From the IMG/VR virus record IMGVR_UViG_3300023174_000036, positions 1-64,000 of that record: a stretch of DNA of 64,000 bases; one strand, given 5' to 3'. The translations under genes were made by a program, and so were the position numbers. A model generated the notes under the pieces. That model saw nothing but the letters and a program-made list of their open reading frames with translations, was not told the DNA's origin and did no database searches. This document shows positions 26,806 to 37,282 of this stretch, piece by piece (position 1 is the stretch's first letter; the number at the start of each line of letters is the position of its first letter).

Positions 26806-28404
26806 TTATCCTATGCCTGAGGAAATGAATATAGGCAATGGTGCGTCCCATTCTTCGCCAAATTCTGTGTTTACACTTAGGGTTTCAAATACCCGAGGAT
26901 CCCAATCTGCCAGCACCACGCTCATGCGGATTATCAGCAATAATGCACTTACCAAGTCATCATTTTGCCCAGATTTGGCTTTGAAACTGGTACCCGATGC
27001 AACAAAACTCTTTAGTTCACTGATTAGTCCTTTGCTGAGAATCCGCATTTTGTTTCCTTCAATAAGGAATTTTAATCGGGCACACGCTGATATTTTGTTA
27101 CCAAAGGTAGTGTTAAATCCCTTACGGAATTTCCTTACATGACCTTTCTTTACTGGCTCGCTGACAAACAATCCAGGAAATGTATCCTCGCCCATGTCTT
27201 TAATAACTACCAGAGCCGCTTCGCCTAGCGTGTTGTTTTCACAAGACCAGTAAATGCTGTTGGGATAACCTGGACCAATCTTTTCTTCTAAATTCTTTAG
27301 TATATCTCTAAATATTTTCACTTGATCTTGCACAATGGTCAAGTTATGTTGCCATTCTGCTACTTGGGTAAAACTGGGTAATTCAAACACTTGTATTGCC
27401 GCATAATCTCCGCCTGTGCCCAAACTAGGGTCTAATGCCGCCAAATACAAGTTTCCGCCTACTGGCTGTTTGTACCATCTAACTTGTCCCATTTTTTCAA
27501 CAGGATCTCGGCCCAGCAACTCTGCCAGTTTTAATGAACTGATTAAGGTTTCATCATATACTAAAAATTCGCAACCGTACTCACGCCGGAATCGCTCTTC
27601 TCCAATACGTCCCAGTTCTACACGTTTCCATTCATCGTCTCGATCTGGATGCTCATTCCATTCTGCACGGAATCCGTGGAATCCATTACGCCCTAATCCG
27701 TCTGTACGTACATCGCCATATTCGTCAAATGTGTCCTGACTCTCTTTCCAAATGATGGCAAATTCGTCTTCGTCACTGTTGGGCGTTGAAGTGATAATTG
27801 CTCGACCACCAGTTGCTAGTGTCGGGGAAATTGAAGTCCAAAACTCAGTGGCGATATTTGGCTGTACGAAAGCAAACTCATCGCAATATAGTAAGGATAT
27901 GGACATACCACGACCGGTATTACCAGTAGTAGTAGCTGATACAATTCTTGAGCCGTTGTCAAAGTCTATACTCCCTTTGTTGTAGCTGACCACACCACAT
28001 CGGATATGGTCAGCACATAGTTCGTATCCATAGCGGATACGTTGCATAATTTCCTGTGCACCTGTGTATTTGTGTGCGGCAACTAGAATAGTCTGATCTG
28101 GATGAAACATTGCAAACCATAACAGGTAACTGGAGGCGCATGTTGTTTTACCACTCTGACGCGGTAGCATGTTAATGTTGAATCGAAAATCGTGATAACT
28201 GTGTAATAGCCGCTCTTGATATTCAAACGGCTGGAACAACATCTTGCCTTTGACGGGATGTTGTATGTGAAAATGATTGCGAGAAAAATGCAAGTAGCCG
28301 TTGGTTGGATCTGAGCAAGCTAATAAATCTACAACTTGATCTTCCGTGAATTTTTCTCGGGTATGTGCTTTCTTGGTGATTACACCATCTAAACTTTTTG
28401 CCAT
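26806..28404 (-). CDS. Terminase large subunit (gp17-like)
   Basis: PRQSGKTT, LYCDEFAF, TSTPN, DPSLGTGGD, DDLV. Confidence 0.95.
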   Translation of the reverse strand: MAKSLDGVITKKAHTREKFTEDQVVDLLACSDPTNGYLHFSRNHFHIQHPVKGKMLFQPFEYQERLLHSYHDFRFNINMLPRQSGKTTCASSYLLWFAMFHPDQTILVAAHKYTGAQEIMQRIRYGYELCADHIRCGVVSYNKGSIDFDNGSRIVSATTTGNTGRGMSISLLYCDEFAFVQPNIATEFWTSISPTLATGGRAIITSTPNSDEDEFAIIWKESQDTFDEYGDVRTDGLGRNGFHGFRAEWNEHPDRDDEWKRVELGRIGEERFRREYGCEFLVYDETLISSLKLAELLGRDPVEKMGQVRWYKQPVGGNLYLAALDPSLGTGGDYAAIQVFELPSFTQVAEWQHNLTIVQDQVKIFRDILKNLEEKIGPGYPNSIYWSCENNTLGEAALVVIKDMGEDTFPGLFVSEPVKKGHVRKFRKGFNTTFGNKISACARLKFLIEGNKMRILSKGLISELKSFVASGTSFKAKSGQNDDLVSALLLIIRMSVVLADWDPRVFETLSVNTEFGEEWDAPLPIFISSGIG

Positions 28405-28416
28405 ACATTATTTACA

Positions 28417-28444
28417 TAAAAAAAGCCACCCGCAGGTAGCTTTT
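28417..28444 (-). terminator. Intrinsic terminator
   Basis: AAAAGCCACC-CGCA-GGTAGCTTTT with A-tract. Confidence 0.7.
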
Positions 28445-28466
28445 GATATTTTGATTAGGATACTGT

Positions 28467-29267
28467 TTAATCGTATTTGTTATACTTGTCACGAATCTTG
28501 TCTAAGTTTTTGCCTTCTTTACCAGCTTTAGCTAATGCTTGCATACCTTTTTTACCGTATTTTTCATAGCCTTTAGCCGCACGACTCATAGTCTTTTTGT
28601 CGCCAGCTTCTTTGATTTCTTGATACATTTGAGATAACTTAGATGCTAGTGCTTCGTGCATTGGATTGCCGCCGCCGTTTACTTTTCTTGCTTCTGCGCC
28701 TTTGCTGGCAAGGTCGTTTCCAGTGGCAGTGACTGCGTCAATGCCTGCTGTGCTAGTATCTGGATGTGTTGTAGCTGATCCAAACCCGCCGTCGCCCATT
28801 TCTTCGTCAAATGCAACTTCAATATCATTATCACCGCCGAATAACTTGCTAACATCGTGACTGTGAACATCAGTATTATCGCTGCCTTCGATATCACGTA
28901 ATATATTCATTAGATCACGAACACCTCCGGCTCCTGAGCCGTGCAATGTGATATTCATATCTAAATTATCTTGCTGACCTTGTGGACCACTCATACCCAT
29001 CATACCCATTGGCATATCACCGCACTCTTCCAATGATTCGTTTGCAGTAGTTGGTTCTTTTTTAGTGTTATCCGTTTTATCTGACGTTTTGGCAGCTTGG
29101 TTTCCTGGCAATGTACTGCTGAGTCTTTCGCCTGGAACTTTTGGCTTATAAGAAACAGTGCCGTCAGGATTCTTTGTTTTAATCACGCCACCAGGTGCAG
29201 TTGGTTCTGAAGGAGCGGCTCCTTCGTCTATACTTCTAATACGTTGATATAATTCTGTAAAGTTCAT
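28467..29267 (-). CDS. Hypothetical head-associated (core/internal-like) protein
   Basis: GGAGG RBS; low complexity; basic C-terminal repeat. Confidence 0.65.
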   Translation of the reverse strand: MNFTELYQRIRSIDEGAAPSEPTAPGGVIKTKNPDGTVSYKPKVPGERLSSTLPGNQAAKTSDKTDNTKKEPTTANESLEECGDMPMGMMGMSGPQGQQDNLDMNITLHGSGAGGVRDLMNILRDIEGSDNTDVHSHDVSKLFGGDNDIEVAFDEEMGDGGFGSATTHPDTSTAGIDAVTATGNDLASKGAEARKVNGGGNPMHEALASKLSQMYQEIKEAGDKKTMSRAAKGYEKYGKKGMQALAKAGKEGKNLDKIRDKYNKYD

Positions 29268-29268
29268 G

Positions 29269-29856
29269 TTATTTTCCTCCTATTGGACTTTTACTTCCAG
29301 TAGCTTTTGTTTTTGATTGCTTAGGTTGTTTTTCAACAGGAACTTTTTTAGCCAGTAACGTATCGTTAACACCTTTAACTTGTTCTAATTCTTTTTTAGT
29401 TTTAGTTAATTCTTTAAGAAAGTTTTCTTTCTTTTTCTCGCCTACTAGATCTTGATTATTGCTGTTTTCGTATTCGTCAGCAAGAACTGATTTTCCAGAT
29501 TTAGTAGCATATTGATTATTGATAGCAAGCTCTTCTTCTTCTTTAATATTGCGTACACGAACATCATGTGCAGACTTATGTAATTTTTCTGCTAACAAAG
29601 TAGCAACTTGCAAACTAGTTGCAGGATAGCTGGTAGTCACATCAAACACCGTTACACCAATATTTTTATGGTTAGGAAAATCTGCTGGAGATTCTTGTAT
29701 TGGAGTGCTTTTACCTGCACTGCAAGATTCCACTTGAAATTGTCCCAAAGCAGATTTAATAATTGCGGCGCAGTCCTTTGGACAATCACCTGCAATTTTA
29801 ACTTTAAATTCGTAGACTCGTTTGCTTTCTACTAGATACTGTGTAAATGATTTCAT
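29269..29856 (-). CDS. Hypothetical head-associated protein
   Basis: N-terminus MKSFTQYLVES resembles T4 capsid-targeting sequence; ATAAATA 29875-29881. Confidence 0.7.
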   Translation of the reverse strand: MKSFTQYLVESKRVYEFKVKIAGDCPKDCAAIIKSALGQFQVESCSAGKSTPIQESPADFPNHKNIGVTVFDVTTSYPATSLQVATLLAEKLHKSAHDVRVRNIKEEEELAINNQYATKSGKSVLADEYENSNNQDLVGEKKKENFLKELTKTKKELEQVKGVNDTLLAKKVPVEKQPKQSKTKATGSKSPIGGK

Positions 29857-29877
29857 TGTATATTCCTGATAATGTAT

Positions 29878-30357
29878 TTATTTCATATTGCGTAGTTTTT
29901 CCAATAGACTATTGCGATCTGCTACTATAAAGCCGTCACCGGGTATACTGACACTGTTGTCTTCTTGGACTGAATCATTATCTAACTTTTGTTTCTTGAG
30001 TTGTAACTCAATCATTTTGAGTTTTTTGTCAATTTTAGCGGCTTTAGCGTCAATGGCATTTTTAAGCATACCGCCAGCAACTTCAAAAATACGTCCGCTG
30101 TAGCGAGCTTCTACATTCATGCCTAGGTCCATCAAATCGTCATACGCATCCGTAGCACGTTGCGCTAATGCATCAAACTCAGCATCGCTAGCATCGCCTA
30201 ACCCTTTAACTGCGGGCAATGCCGCTGAGATTTTGTCAAATTCGCTCATGTCGCGAAGGAACGGTTGTGCGACTTCAGCTTTGGCTTTTTTCTTTTCTTC
30301 TTCCGTGACCAGCTTTTTGCTTTCAGGAAGGTTTAAAATTTCTTCAAGTTTCTTCAT
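29878..30357 (-). CDS. Probable terminase small subunit (gp16-like)
   Basis: Helical; RIFEVAGGMLKNA resembles the gp16 RxxEV motif; size and context. Confidence 0.6.
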   Translation of the reverse strand: MKKLEEILNLPESKKLVTEEEKKKAKAEVAQPFLRDMSEFDKISAALPAVKGLGDASDAEFDALAQRATDAYDDLMDLGMNVEARYSGRIFEVAGGMLKNAIDAKAAKIDKKLKMIELQLKKQKLDNDSVQEDNSVSIPGDGFIVADRNSLLEKLRNMK

Positions 30358-30365
30358 ATTATTAC

Positions 30366-30803
30366 TTATGCAGTGCCGGTATGAAACAGATCATTTTCGT
30401 TGAGTATACGAAACTTGATACCCTGTTGTTTACACCATAAATTGGCGGCACTCCATTTGGCTTGATTCTTAATAAACTGCGCTTGATTGTATTTGTTTTT
30501 GCCCACACGCTCAATAATTTGCTGACTGGATGGTTTAATTTCAATCAGCTCAACAATCATTTTGCTGTTTTTATCTACATACTGAATAAAAAAATCCGGT
30601 ACATATACTGTTTGGCGGCCAGTTAGCGGGTCTCTATATGGTATTTGTATGGCTTCACTTGCCCATTTTTGTACACTTTTGTTGTTGTCGCAAAAATTCA
30701 TGAAACTCCATTCCCAACTAGATCTATATGTAGGAACTTTGTTTCCTACATATTTTTCTGGGTGTTTCATTACAAATTTTCCGCGAGCAAATTTGGATGC
30801 CAT
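30366..30803 (-). CDS. Head completion nuclease (T4 gp4-like, TnsA fold)
   Basis: YRSSWE, WASE..IPY, YVPDF, EIKP, NQAKWSAA. Confidence 0.9.
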   Translation of the reverse strand: MASKFARGKFVMKHPEKYVGNKVPTYRSSWEWSFMNFCDNNKSVQKWASEAIQIPYRDPLTGRQTVYVPDFFIQYVDKNSKMIVELIEIKPSSQQIIERVGKNKYNQAQFIKNQAKWSAANLWCKQQGIKFRILNENDLFHTGTA

Positions 30804-30804
30804 A

Positions 30805-31167
30805 TTACACTAAAATATTTCTACTTTCGTAAGTGTCTGCTATTGTAGAAATATGATACCCCAGTATGCTTGTTTTTTCTCTGTATGAGTTTAATACCTG
30901 AGCAACTACTTGCCCAAGCTGAACATCAGTTAGTCCTTTAAGACTGTCAAGTAATACAAATACATTTACATTATCAACACGCGACTGATTAAGCAGAATA
31001 ATTGCAGTACTTCTTGCACTGTCTGTGTCAAATCCTCGTTTCATAAAGAATCCAACAGTGGCATCAATTTCGTTGGCAGGAAACGTAACTTCGTGTACAA
31101 AGAAGTTATCAAAAAATTGTTTAGCATCGACTTTACTTGATTGCTCTTGCGGTAAATTATTGGCCAT
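30805..31167 (-). CDS. Hypothetical protein
   Basis: In operon; AGGA RBS. Confidence 0.7.
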   Translation of the reverse strand: MANNLPQEQSSKVDAKQFFDNFFVHEVTFPANEIDATVGFFMKRGFDTDSARSTAIILLNQSRVDNVNVFVLLDSLKGLTDVQLGQVVAQVLNSYREKTSILGYHISTIADTYESRNILV

Positions 31168-31170
31168 ATA

Positions 31171-32166
31171 TTATCCTAGATTAACTTTTTTAGCTTCAGT
31201 TGCTGTTGACTCGGCTGTTTTAACTGGGAATGTTATTCCTTGTATACCGCCAATAGTTTGTGTTGAATTTGTAGATAATAATCCTGGAGTACCTTGCAGT
31301 GCTTTTTCCTGAGTGTTTTGATAAGTGTTAACCGACTCAACAATGTTGTTTAATGTTTCTGCACTGTTTCTGGTAACATTTTGTTGTGATACAAAACTTG
31401 GACTTAGGCTATTAGAGTCAACAACTCCTTCTAATGGACTAGGGGTAACGTCGTAGTGTTCTAAACCAAACCCTTCTACTGTTTCTGGACTAACAGTTCC
31501 TGCGCCATATGATACTGCTTCAAATGAAATAGTCATTGTATTATCATGAACCTTAGTGCTGGAATAATCTAACCCTGCATGATCCCAGCTGGCAATTAAC
31601 GGATTATGTAATTTGTAACTTACAAATTCATGTCGAGCCATTTGATAAATTGTTATATGGTTAAAAAATGGAATATTGCTACCGTTATCTAAACCAAATG
31701 GCGTGGTAATAAAATCAAAATTCTTAGTTGCATTTCTGTTATAAGCAGTTCCATTTTTTGCACTAGTTGGATCTGCATAGTAATAACTGTAATAGTTTTG
31801 CCACAATTGATTGATTAAACCCATGTTATCGTCATGAAATTTAATTGTTGCATTTTCAAACTTATGTTGCATCTGTATTACTTTTTTTCTGTTATATTGA
31901 TTAGCAGTCTCTGACGATATAGTAAATTTAGGTAACGATATACTTTTGACCAGCATATTAATTTCGTTTCTATGTCGTTGTAATAAGTCAATACTTTTTA
32001 ATGCGCCGGGATTTATACTAAAAGATACATGAAATAAATGATCAAACTTTGGAGCAAGTCTAAATGAATCGTCTGCAAATAGTCTGCTTGCGTGACGTTG
32101 ATCCCGCAAGTAAACATGACTTGTAGGACTATGTGATTTTAAATATTTGCTAGGTGTAAAGGCCAT
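31171..32166 (-). CDS. Tail tube-like / baseplate-tube junction protein
   Basis: VKSISLPKF...NQYNRK...IKFHDD; follows tube gene. Confidence 0.65.
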   Translation of the reverse strand: MAFTPSKYLKSHSPTSHVYLRDQRHASRLFADDSFRLAPKFDHLFHVSFSINPGALKSIDLLQRHRNEINMLVKSISLPKFTISSETANQYNRKKVIQMQHKFENATIKFHDDNMGLINQLWQNYYSYYYADPTSAKNGTAYNRNATKNFDFITTPFGLDNGSNIPFFNHITIYQMARHEFVSYKLHNPLIASWDHAGLDYSSTKVHDNTMTISFEAVSYGAGTVSPETVEGFGLEHYDVTPSPLEGVVDSNSLSPSFVSQQNVTRNSAETLNNIVESVNTYQNTQEKALQGTPGLLSTNSTQTIGGIQGITFPVKTAESTATEAKKVNLG

Positions 32167-32185
32167 AATAATATTTATCTTAAAT

Positions 32186-32203
32186 ATTAACTACGTAGTT
32201 AAT
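32186..32203. promoter_or_regulatory. Perfect 18-bp palindrome, putative operator
   Basis: ATTAACTACGTAGTTAAT next to late promoter; 13-bp copy at 51081-51093. Confidence 0.55.
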
Positions 32204-32214
32204 GACTAGTCACT

Positions 32215-32240
32215 AAAAAACCCGCTGAGCGGGTTTTTTT
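32215..32240. terminator. Intrinsic terminator after tail tube gene
   Basis: AAAAAACCCGC-TGA-GCGGGTTTTTTT. Confidence 0.85.
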
Positions 32241-32250
32241 AATTTGTTGA

Positions 32251-32895
32251 TTATCTGTAAGGAACGCCGCCACCTGTTGTAGCAGTACCTGCACGTTTCT
32301 GTCCAAAACCTTCAGTTCCCATACCAGCGCCTGGCCCAATTTGCTGTGCGTTGTCGTATTGGATACTAATATCAATAGTCATAACGTCGGCAGCACCAGT
32401 ATAGCTCAGTGTTTGATAATTTGTGCTGTCAACGTAACAGCCATACAATTCCCAAGTTTCAAGCACTGTGGGAGTGTTAGTACCGTTACCGCCATCTAAC
32501 ATTTCAATTCGTGTTAGGAACTTATAATCACCAGCACTTGCCGCAGAGCTTTGTTCAAAGAAGTCAAACTGCTTTTGATTTTGCTCGCCAACTAATTTAG
32601 TCACGTTGTTAGAAACATCGTCACGTAATTTAATTGTTAGTGGTTGCCATGTTGGCTTACCAGCATAGTGAATCTTACTGTTATAAACTTCAATAGTCTG
32701 ATCTGCAAATTTCACGTTAGGTCTGCCACAATCAGCTACTTGTTTTGTTAATTCTACTGTACCACCTGATACACCAAAGTTTTCAAAACTAACTCTGAAT
32801 CTGTACTTTAACTTAGGCATTAACATGCCTTGAGTACTTGAGCTTTGGTTACTAGCTAGCGGTACTGTAAATCTTGATAATGATGCAATTGACAT
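32251..32895 (-). CDS. Tail tube protein (gp19-like)
   Basis: KYRFRV, YAGKPTWQPLTIKLRDD, WELYGC; follows sheath. Confidence 0.85.
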   Translation of the reverse strand: MSIASLSRFTVPLASNQSSSTQGMLMPKLKYRFRVSFENFGVSGGTVELTKQVADCGRPNVKFADQTIEVYNSKIHYAGKPTWQPLTIKLRDDVSNNVTKLVGEQNQKQFDFFEQSSAASAGDYKFLTRIEMLDGGNGTNTPTVLETWELYGCYVDSTNYQTLSYTGAADVMTIDISIQYDNAQQIGPGAGMGTEGFGQKRAGTATTGGGVPYR

Positions 32896-32911
32896 TGTGT
32901 TCTCCTAATTA

Positions 32912-35900
32912 TTATAGACCTTTAATCTCGCCAGTATTCTTCAAGCGTAATGGAATGTAGATAAATTCCACTGCTTTTACTGGTTCAATTGCGACATCAA
33001 GGTATAGTTCGCTACGATCGATTCGTGCTGGTGTATTGTTTGATGTATCGCAAACTACAAGATAGTCGTACAATGCACGTTGTCCTACTAGTTCTAATAG
33101 TAAACTTTCAGCGGCTTGTTTGATTTCATTACGTGTGATAGTGTCGTTTGGTTCAAACACATATGGTTTTGCCAATTGACTAAACTGTCTACGTAGATAA
33201 ATTACCAAACGTGCAACGTTGATTCTGTCTAATGAACTAGCACTCAGTTGACGTGTGTACTGTCCGTAGTTTACTAAACCTGTTCCGGTAATGTATGTGA
33301 TTGGGTTTACATGGATACTTGCAAGTGTATCGCGTTGTCCAGTGTTTAATGCTGTTGCATTGAATTCGCCTGTTAACGAGTCAATGTAACCTACTGAACT
33401 TACGTTAGTGATACCGCCACGGCGTGTACCAGCTGGAGCAAACCATGGATATGAAACATTATCGCTCAATGCGATAGTGCGCATCATCATGTAGCTTGGA
33501 GGAACAACAACGTTATTTCCCAACAAGTCTGTAGTGTAACCCCATGGATAGAACATACCCAAGTATGCATCTGTGGTTAACAAACCATCGTCGCCGTTGT
33601 TAACTGCATTGTCAGTATTGTTACCCCAGTTACTGATTGTTGTTGCATCTGGCTTCAAGCGAGCAGGAGTATCACCAATAACAAATGCACTAATGCCTCT
33701 ATCATAATTCAATGCAACCAATGATGTGATTGTTTCAGGATAACCTGGGCAAGCAATCAAGTTAAATATGCGACTTTCTTCGTCACGAATTTGTTGGTTA
33801 GCGTTGATTTCTGCATTTAATGCGGCAACCACAACTTCACGTACTGCTTTACGTCCAAAATTTCCAGCGCCGTTAACTTGGTTAGCGGCAGCACTGAGCC
33901 AACGATGTGGATAGTAGTTGGTCATCAATGCGTTTGATTGACGAGTATTTCGTGTAGTGGTATCAACGTAATTTCTAACAAATTTCAACACGTTGTATCC
34001 GCTACGACGCATGTTCCATAACAACATGCCTTTTGGATATAGTGCAGGATCCGGAGCATCAAAATCTAAGAAGTTGCTGGTCAACAAATCACTAATTTCT
34101 GCTTTAGTAGCAGTTAGACCGTCTGTGTTCCAACGTGCATCGTGGAATAGTACACCGTTTTCACTTGTTTGATCTGAGTTGTCTAACAATACCCATTTCT
34201 TAGTTAGATAATTGTATCGTTTGATTAACGGATAGTTTTCTAAATCGCTAGTGTCAATCCACAAGTCGCCGTTGGCCAACGGTGTTCCGTCGCTTTGTAC
34301 AGTTGGTTGTGTTGCACTTACTTTAGGACCCATTGGATCGGTTATATCTCCACCAACTTGGTTTTGAGTGTAGTTCTTATAGCCAACCCATGTGGTGCCG
34401 TTGTGTATCATGATATCAACTTCGTCAATATCGTTGTTGTACCATAATTGGCCGTCAGCGGCAATGTTTGTTGGAGGTGTTGCACTTGCGGCTGCAATTG
34501 CTGTACCGTTTAACACAGCTGACCATAAACTTGCAACATAGTTATTTGCAGTGCCTGCTGGGTTAGGATACAAATTAGCAGTTGTGCTAGTTGAAAATAT
34601 TTTTGCTAAAGGCAAATTAGTAGTGTCAACTAATCTAAAATCTCCACCAACAGTGTGAGTAATGTTAATTGAGTTGTTGGCATTTTTTGTAGCAACTAAT
34701 TTTGAATCAGGTAATGCGGCGTTAAAGGCAGCAATAACTGCATCTGAATCTGCGGCAGCACCTGCGGCTGTGAATGTAATAGTCACAGCTGAAGTTAATG
34801 TACCACTACCAATTACGCTTTCTTGTACTGTAAAGCTGTTTGCGCCTGCTGTAAATGTACTGCTAGTAATAGGCGAGCTAGTAATAGTAGTTGCACCTAC
34901 ACCACTGCGTTTGTAAATTTTAAATGTAGCAATCTCTGGACCGCCTTCGTCATCGTTGTATTTGACATACACTGAGTTAACTGACAAATTGATACCACCA
35001 CCGCTTGGATCAAGTGTTGCCAACGCAGACTGATTTGTTGGGAATAGCTTTGTAGTTTGTGTGATCCAAGAACGAGTTGCGCTGTTGTATTTCTTAATAA
35101 TCCAGTCTGCGCCAGCATTTGCGTTGGTAGTTTTAACCCATACAGAGCCAGTTGGACGACCGTTAGCAGTTGATGTGTTGTCCGTAATTTTATATGTAGG
35201 AACACTTGTGTGTGCTGACATTGCCATGGCAGGAGCCATGTATGTTGTAGAGCTTAAACCAACTTTGGCTACTGTAGTTCCAGATAATACAATGTCTACA
35301 CCTGTTGAGAACAAGTTTAATTTTTCATTAATTATTGCGGCTGTTACACCAGAAACTGTAGTGCCAATTGCGGCTACTAATCCAGTTAGCGTAGTTACAC
35401 CAGTGAATGTAGTTGAATTGATAACAAGAGTATCGCCAGTTAACAATGTAATTGAACTATTAGCAATAGTTCCTGTGGCTGCTGGCCAACTTGCGGCCCA
35501 TGCTGTGGAACCAACTTCAACCCATGTGCCTGCGGCAGTTGCTGATGTATATTTTTTAAAATATAATTTGTTTAATGTTGTTACTGCAACCATTGCATAG
35601 TCGCCAATTGCGCCAACGCTTGCTAATGGTACATAATTAGGAGCCGCTGTAACTTTAGAAGCTTCTGTAATTACTGTTACTTTTTGTACACTGAATGATT
35701 GTCCGTCTGCAACTGTTGCAGGGCTAGCGTTCCATTCAAATACACCAAATTTAGTGTCAGTGGTATCAAGCCAATATGTGCCGTCTTCTGCTGGACTTGT
35801 TGGTGTTGTTGGAGTACCAGTAAGTTGTCCTACATCCAAGTCAGCACGTACAACATATGCACGATTACTCACGCCTAAGAAACTGTATGCAGTAGCTAGG

Positions 35901-36181
35901 CCATATTCATTCTGTTCGCCAGCATGGATAGGATTATTATTTGCATCAGTATAAAATTTAGGAATACCAAACGTATCTGACAAATCTTTCTGACTTGTTA
36001 GTAAGTATACTTTTCCAGCGTTTGCTTTCAATGTGCCAGGCGCTGTGCCTGTTGCCGCTCCGTTTTGTTTGTTTTCTGCTGATGCAACTACAATTAACGG
36101 AACTGTGCCGGCCGCGGCTGGTGTATAGAAACTTTCATCTATAACTGTTACGCTTACGCCTGGTGAACTAAGTTGAGCCAT
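32912..36181 (-). CDS. Tail sheath protein (gp18-like) with large insertions
   Basis: SPGVSVTVIDES, PWFAPAGTRRG, DRINVARL, FEPND, EFIYI. Confidence 0.95.
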   Translation of the reverse strand: MAQLSSPGVSVTVIDESFYTPAAAGTVPLIVVASAENKQNGAATGTAPGTLKANAGKVYLLTSQKDLSDTFGIPKFYTDANNNPIHAGEQNEYGLATAYSFLGVSNRAYVVRADLDVGQLTGTPTTPTSPAEDGTYWLDTTDTKFGVFEWNASPATVADGQSFSVQKVTVITEASKVTAAPNYVPLASVGAIGDYAMVAVTTLNKLYFKKYTSATAAGTWVEVGSTAWAASWPAATGTIANSSITLLTGDTLVINSTTFTGVTTLTGLVAAIGTTVSGVTAAIINEKLNLFSTGVDIVLSGTTVAKVGLSSTTYMAPAMAMSAHTSVPTYKITDNTSTANGRPTGSVWVKTTNANAGADWIIKKYNSATRSWITQTTKLFPTNQSALATLDPSGGGINLSVNSVYVKYNDDEGGPEIATFKIYKRSGVGATTITSSPITSSTFTAGANSFTVQESVIGSGTLTSAVTITFTAAGAAADSDAVIAAFNAALPDSKLVATKNANNSINITHTVGGDFRLVDTTNLPLAKIFSTSTTANLYPNPAGTANNYVASLWSAVLNGTAIAAASATPPTNIAADGQLWYNNDIDEVDIMIHNGTTWVGYKNYTQNQVGGDITDPMGPKVSATQPTVQSDGTPLANGDLWIDTSDLENYPLIKRYNYLTKKWVLLDNSDQTSENGVLFHDARWNTDGLTATKAEISDLLTSNFLDFDAPDPALYPKGMLLWNMRRSGYNVLKFVRNYVDTTTRNTRQSNALMTNYYPHRWLSAAANQVNGAGNFGRKAVREVVVAALNAEINANQQIRDEESRIFNLIACPGYPETITSLVALNYDRGISAFVIGDTPARLKPDATTISNWGNNTDNAVNNGDDGLLTTDAYLGMFYPWGYTTDLLGNNVVVPPSYMMMRTIALSDNVSYPWFAPAGTRRGGITNVSSVGYIDSLTGEFNATALNTGQRDTLASIHVNPITYITGTGLVNYGQYTRQLSASSLDRINVARLVIYLRRQFSQLAKPYVFEPNDTITRNEIKQAAESLLLELVGQRALYDYLVVCDTSNNTPARIDRSELYLDVAIEPVKAVEFIYIPLRLKNTGEIKGL

Positions 36182-36285
36182 TTTTTAATCTCCATGAGTA
36201 CATGTTCTTCAATGTATTTAGTGGATTTTGGATTTTTATCCTTGTTATTAGCTAGAAAAAGGTTTTGAAAAGGTGTAAATAAAGT

Positions 36286-36612
36286 ATGAGACCACTTTGT
36301 ACTTGCGGAATTAAACCTGCGGCTGTTAACTATAAAAAAAATGGGCGTACTTATTATAGGAGCCAGTGTGAATCTTGTCTCGCTGGTAAAGGCGTTGCTA
36401 GATGGTATCGTTCAGGATATCGTATGAAAAATACTTGCGATAAATGCGGGTTTAAAAGCCTGCATAAAGAAGTATTTGCAGTGTTCCACGTAGATGGAGA
36501 TTTAAATAATTGCAGGCCGCTTAATCTTAAGACAGTGTGTGCAAATTGTCAGCGTGTTCTTCACAAAGAAGGTCAGAAGTGGAAGCAAGGTGATCTTGTA
36601 CCAGATCTTTGA
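36286..36612 (+). CDS. HNH-like zinc-binding protein
   Basis: CDKCGF...HVDGDLNN...NLKTVCANC; GTAAATA 4 nt before ATG. Confidence 0.75.
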   Translation: MRPLCTCGIKPAAVNYKKNGRTYYRSQCESCLAGKGVARWYRSGYRMKNTCDKCGFKSLHKEVFAVFHVDGDLNNCRPLNLKTVCANCQRVLHKEGQKWKQGDLVPDL

Positions 36613-37225
36613 CTCTGGCAAACAAGTCATCTATACTGCCATTGTTATCAAGTACTGCATCAAATCTAGTTCCAACCCATGCAGTTTCGCTGGCATGAAT
36701 TCCTAATTTTTCAAGTTTGCTACGGCTAGTGGACCAAGAAAAATTACCAGTTTCTCCCTTGTTGGCATTAACAGCATCGTCGTACCATTCAGGTTCCGGA
36801 CCACGATGAACCCGTATTACAATACCGCCAGCGTCTTTAATACTTTTGATTTCATTAGGAAATCTGCAATCGCTGATAACGATGTCGTCTTTGCTGTTAC
36901 GGAGTTTGTTTTCAAGACTAGCAATCCATATGTCATCGTGAAAGCTCTTACGGCACACTTCAGTGCCCCAGTATTGTAGTACCCAGCGAGGTGTTAGGTT
37001 AGGCATATCAAGTCGTTGAGCCCACCATGGGTCTACTTGTTCGCGCCATTCACGTGCTTGTTTTGTGCGTCCTTCAAGCATTGTTCTATCCCAGCCAAAC
37101 ACATGAGCTACCGCGTCTTTTAAGGAGTTAGCAAATGATTCTCGTCGGAAGCCATGGAAGTTAGTAAGATAATCAGCAACTGTATCTTTGCCAGAACCAA
37201 TAAACCCGCATACACCTATAATCAT
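36527..37225 (-). CDS. Deoxynucleoside monophosphate kinase (T4 gp1-like)
   Basis: GFIGSGKDT, FANSLKD, PRWVLQYWGTE, DCRFPNE, HASE; TTGACC-17-TATACT upstream. Confidence 0.92.
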   Translation of the reverse strand: MIIGVCGFIGSGKDTVADYLTNFHGFRRESFANSLKDAVAHVFGWDRTMLEGRTKQAREWREQVDPWWAQRLDMPNLTPRWVLQYWGTEVCRKSFHDDIWIASLENKLRNSKDDIVISDCRFPNEIKSIKDAGGIVIRVHRGPEPEWYDDAVNANKGETGNFSWSTSRSKLEKLGIHASETAWVGTRFDAVLDNNGSIDDLFARVKDLVQDHLASTSDLLCEEHADNLHTLS

Positions 37226-37282
37226 AGCGTCTCCTAATGTAACGCTAGTATATAACAGATTTATTACAAGGTCAAATATTTT

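Noticed and set aside
26806-28404. Intron or intein in terminase, helicases or UvsX
   Set aside because: Lengths are normal and motifs contiguous
36527-36612. 86-bp convergent overlap of HNH-like gene and dNMP kinase as a regulatory system
   Set aside because: The kinase tail looks like a non-conserved extension; such overlaps are common in compact phage genomes
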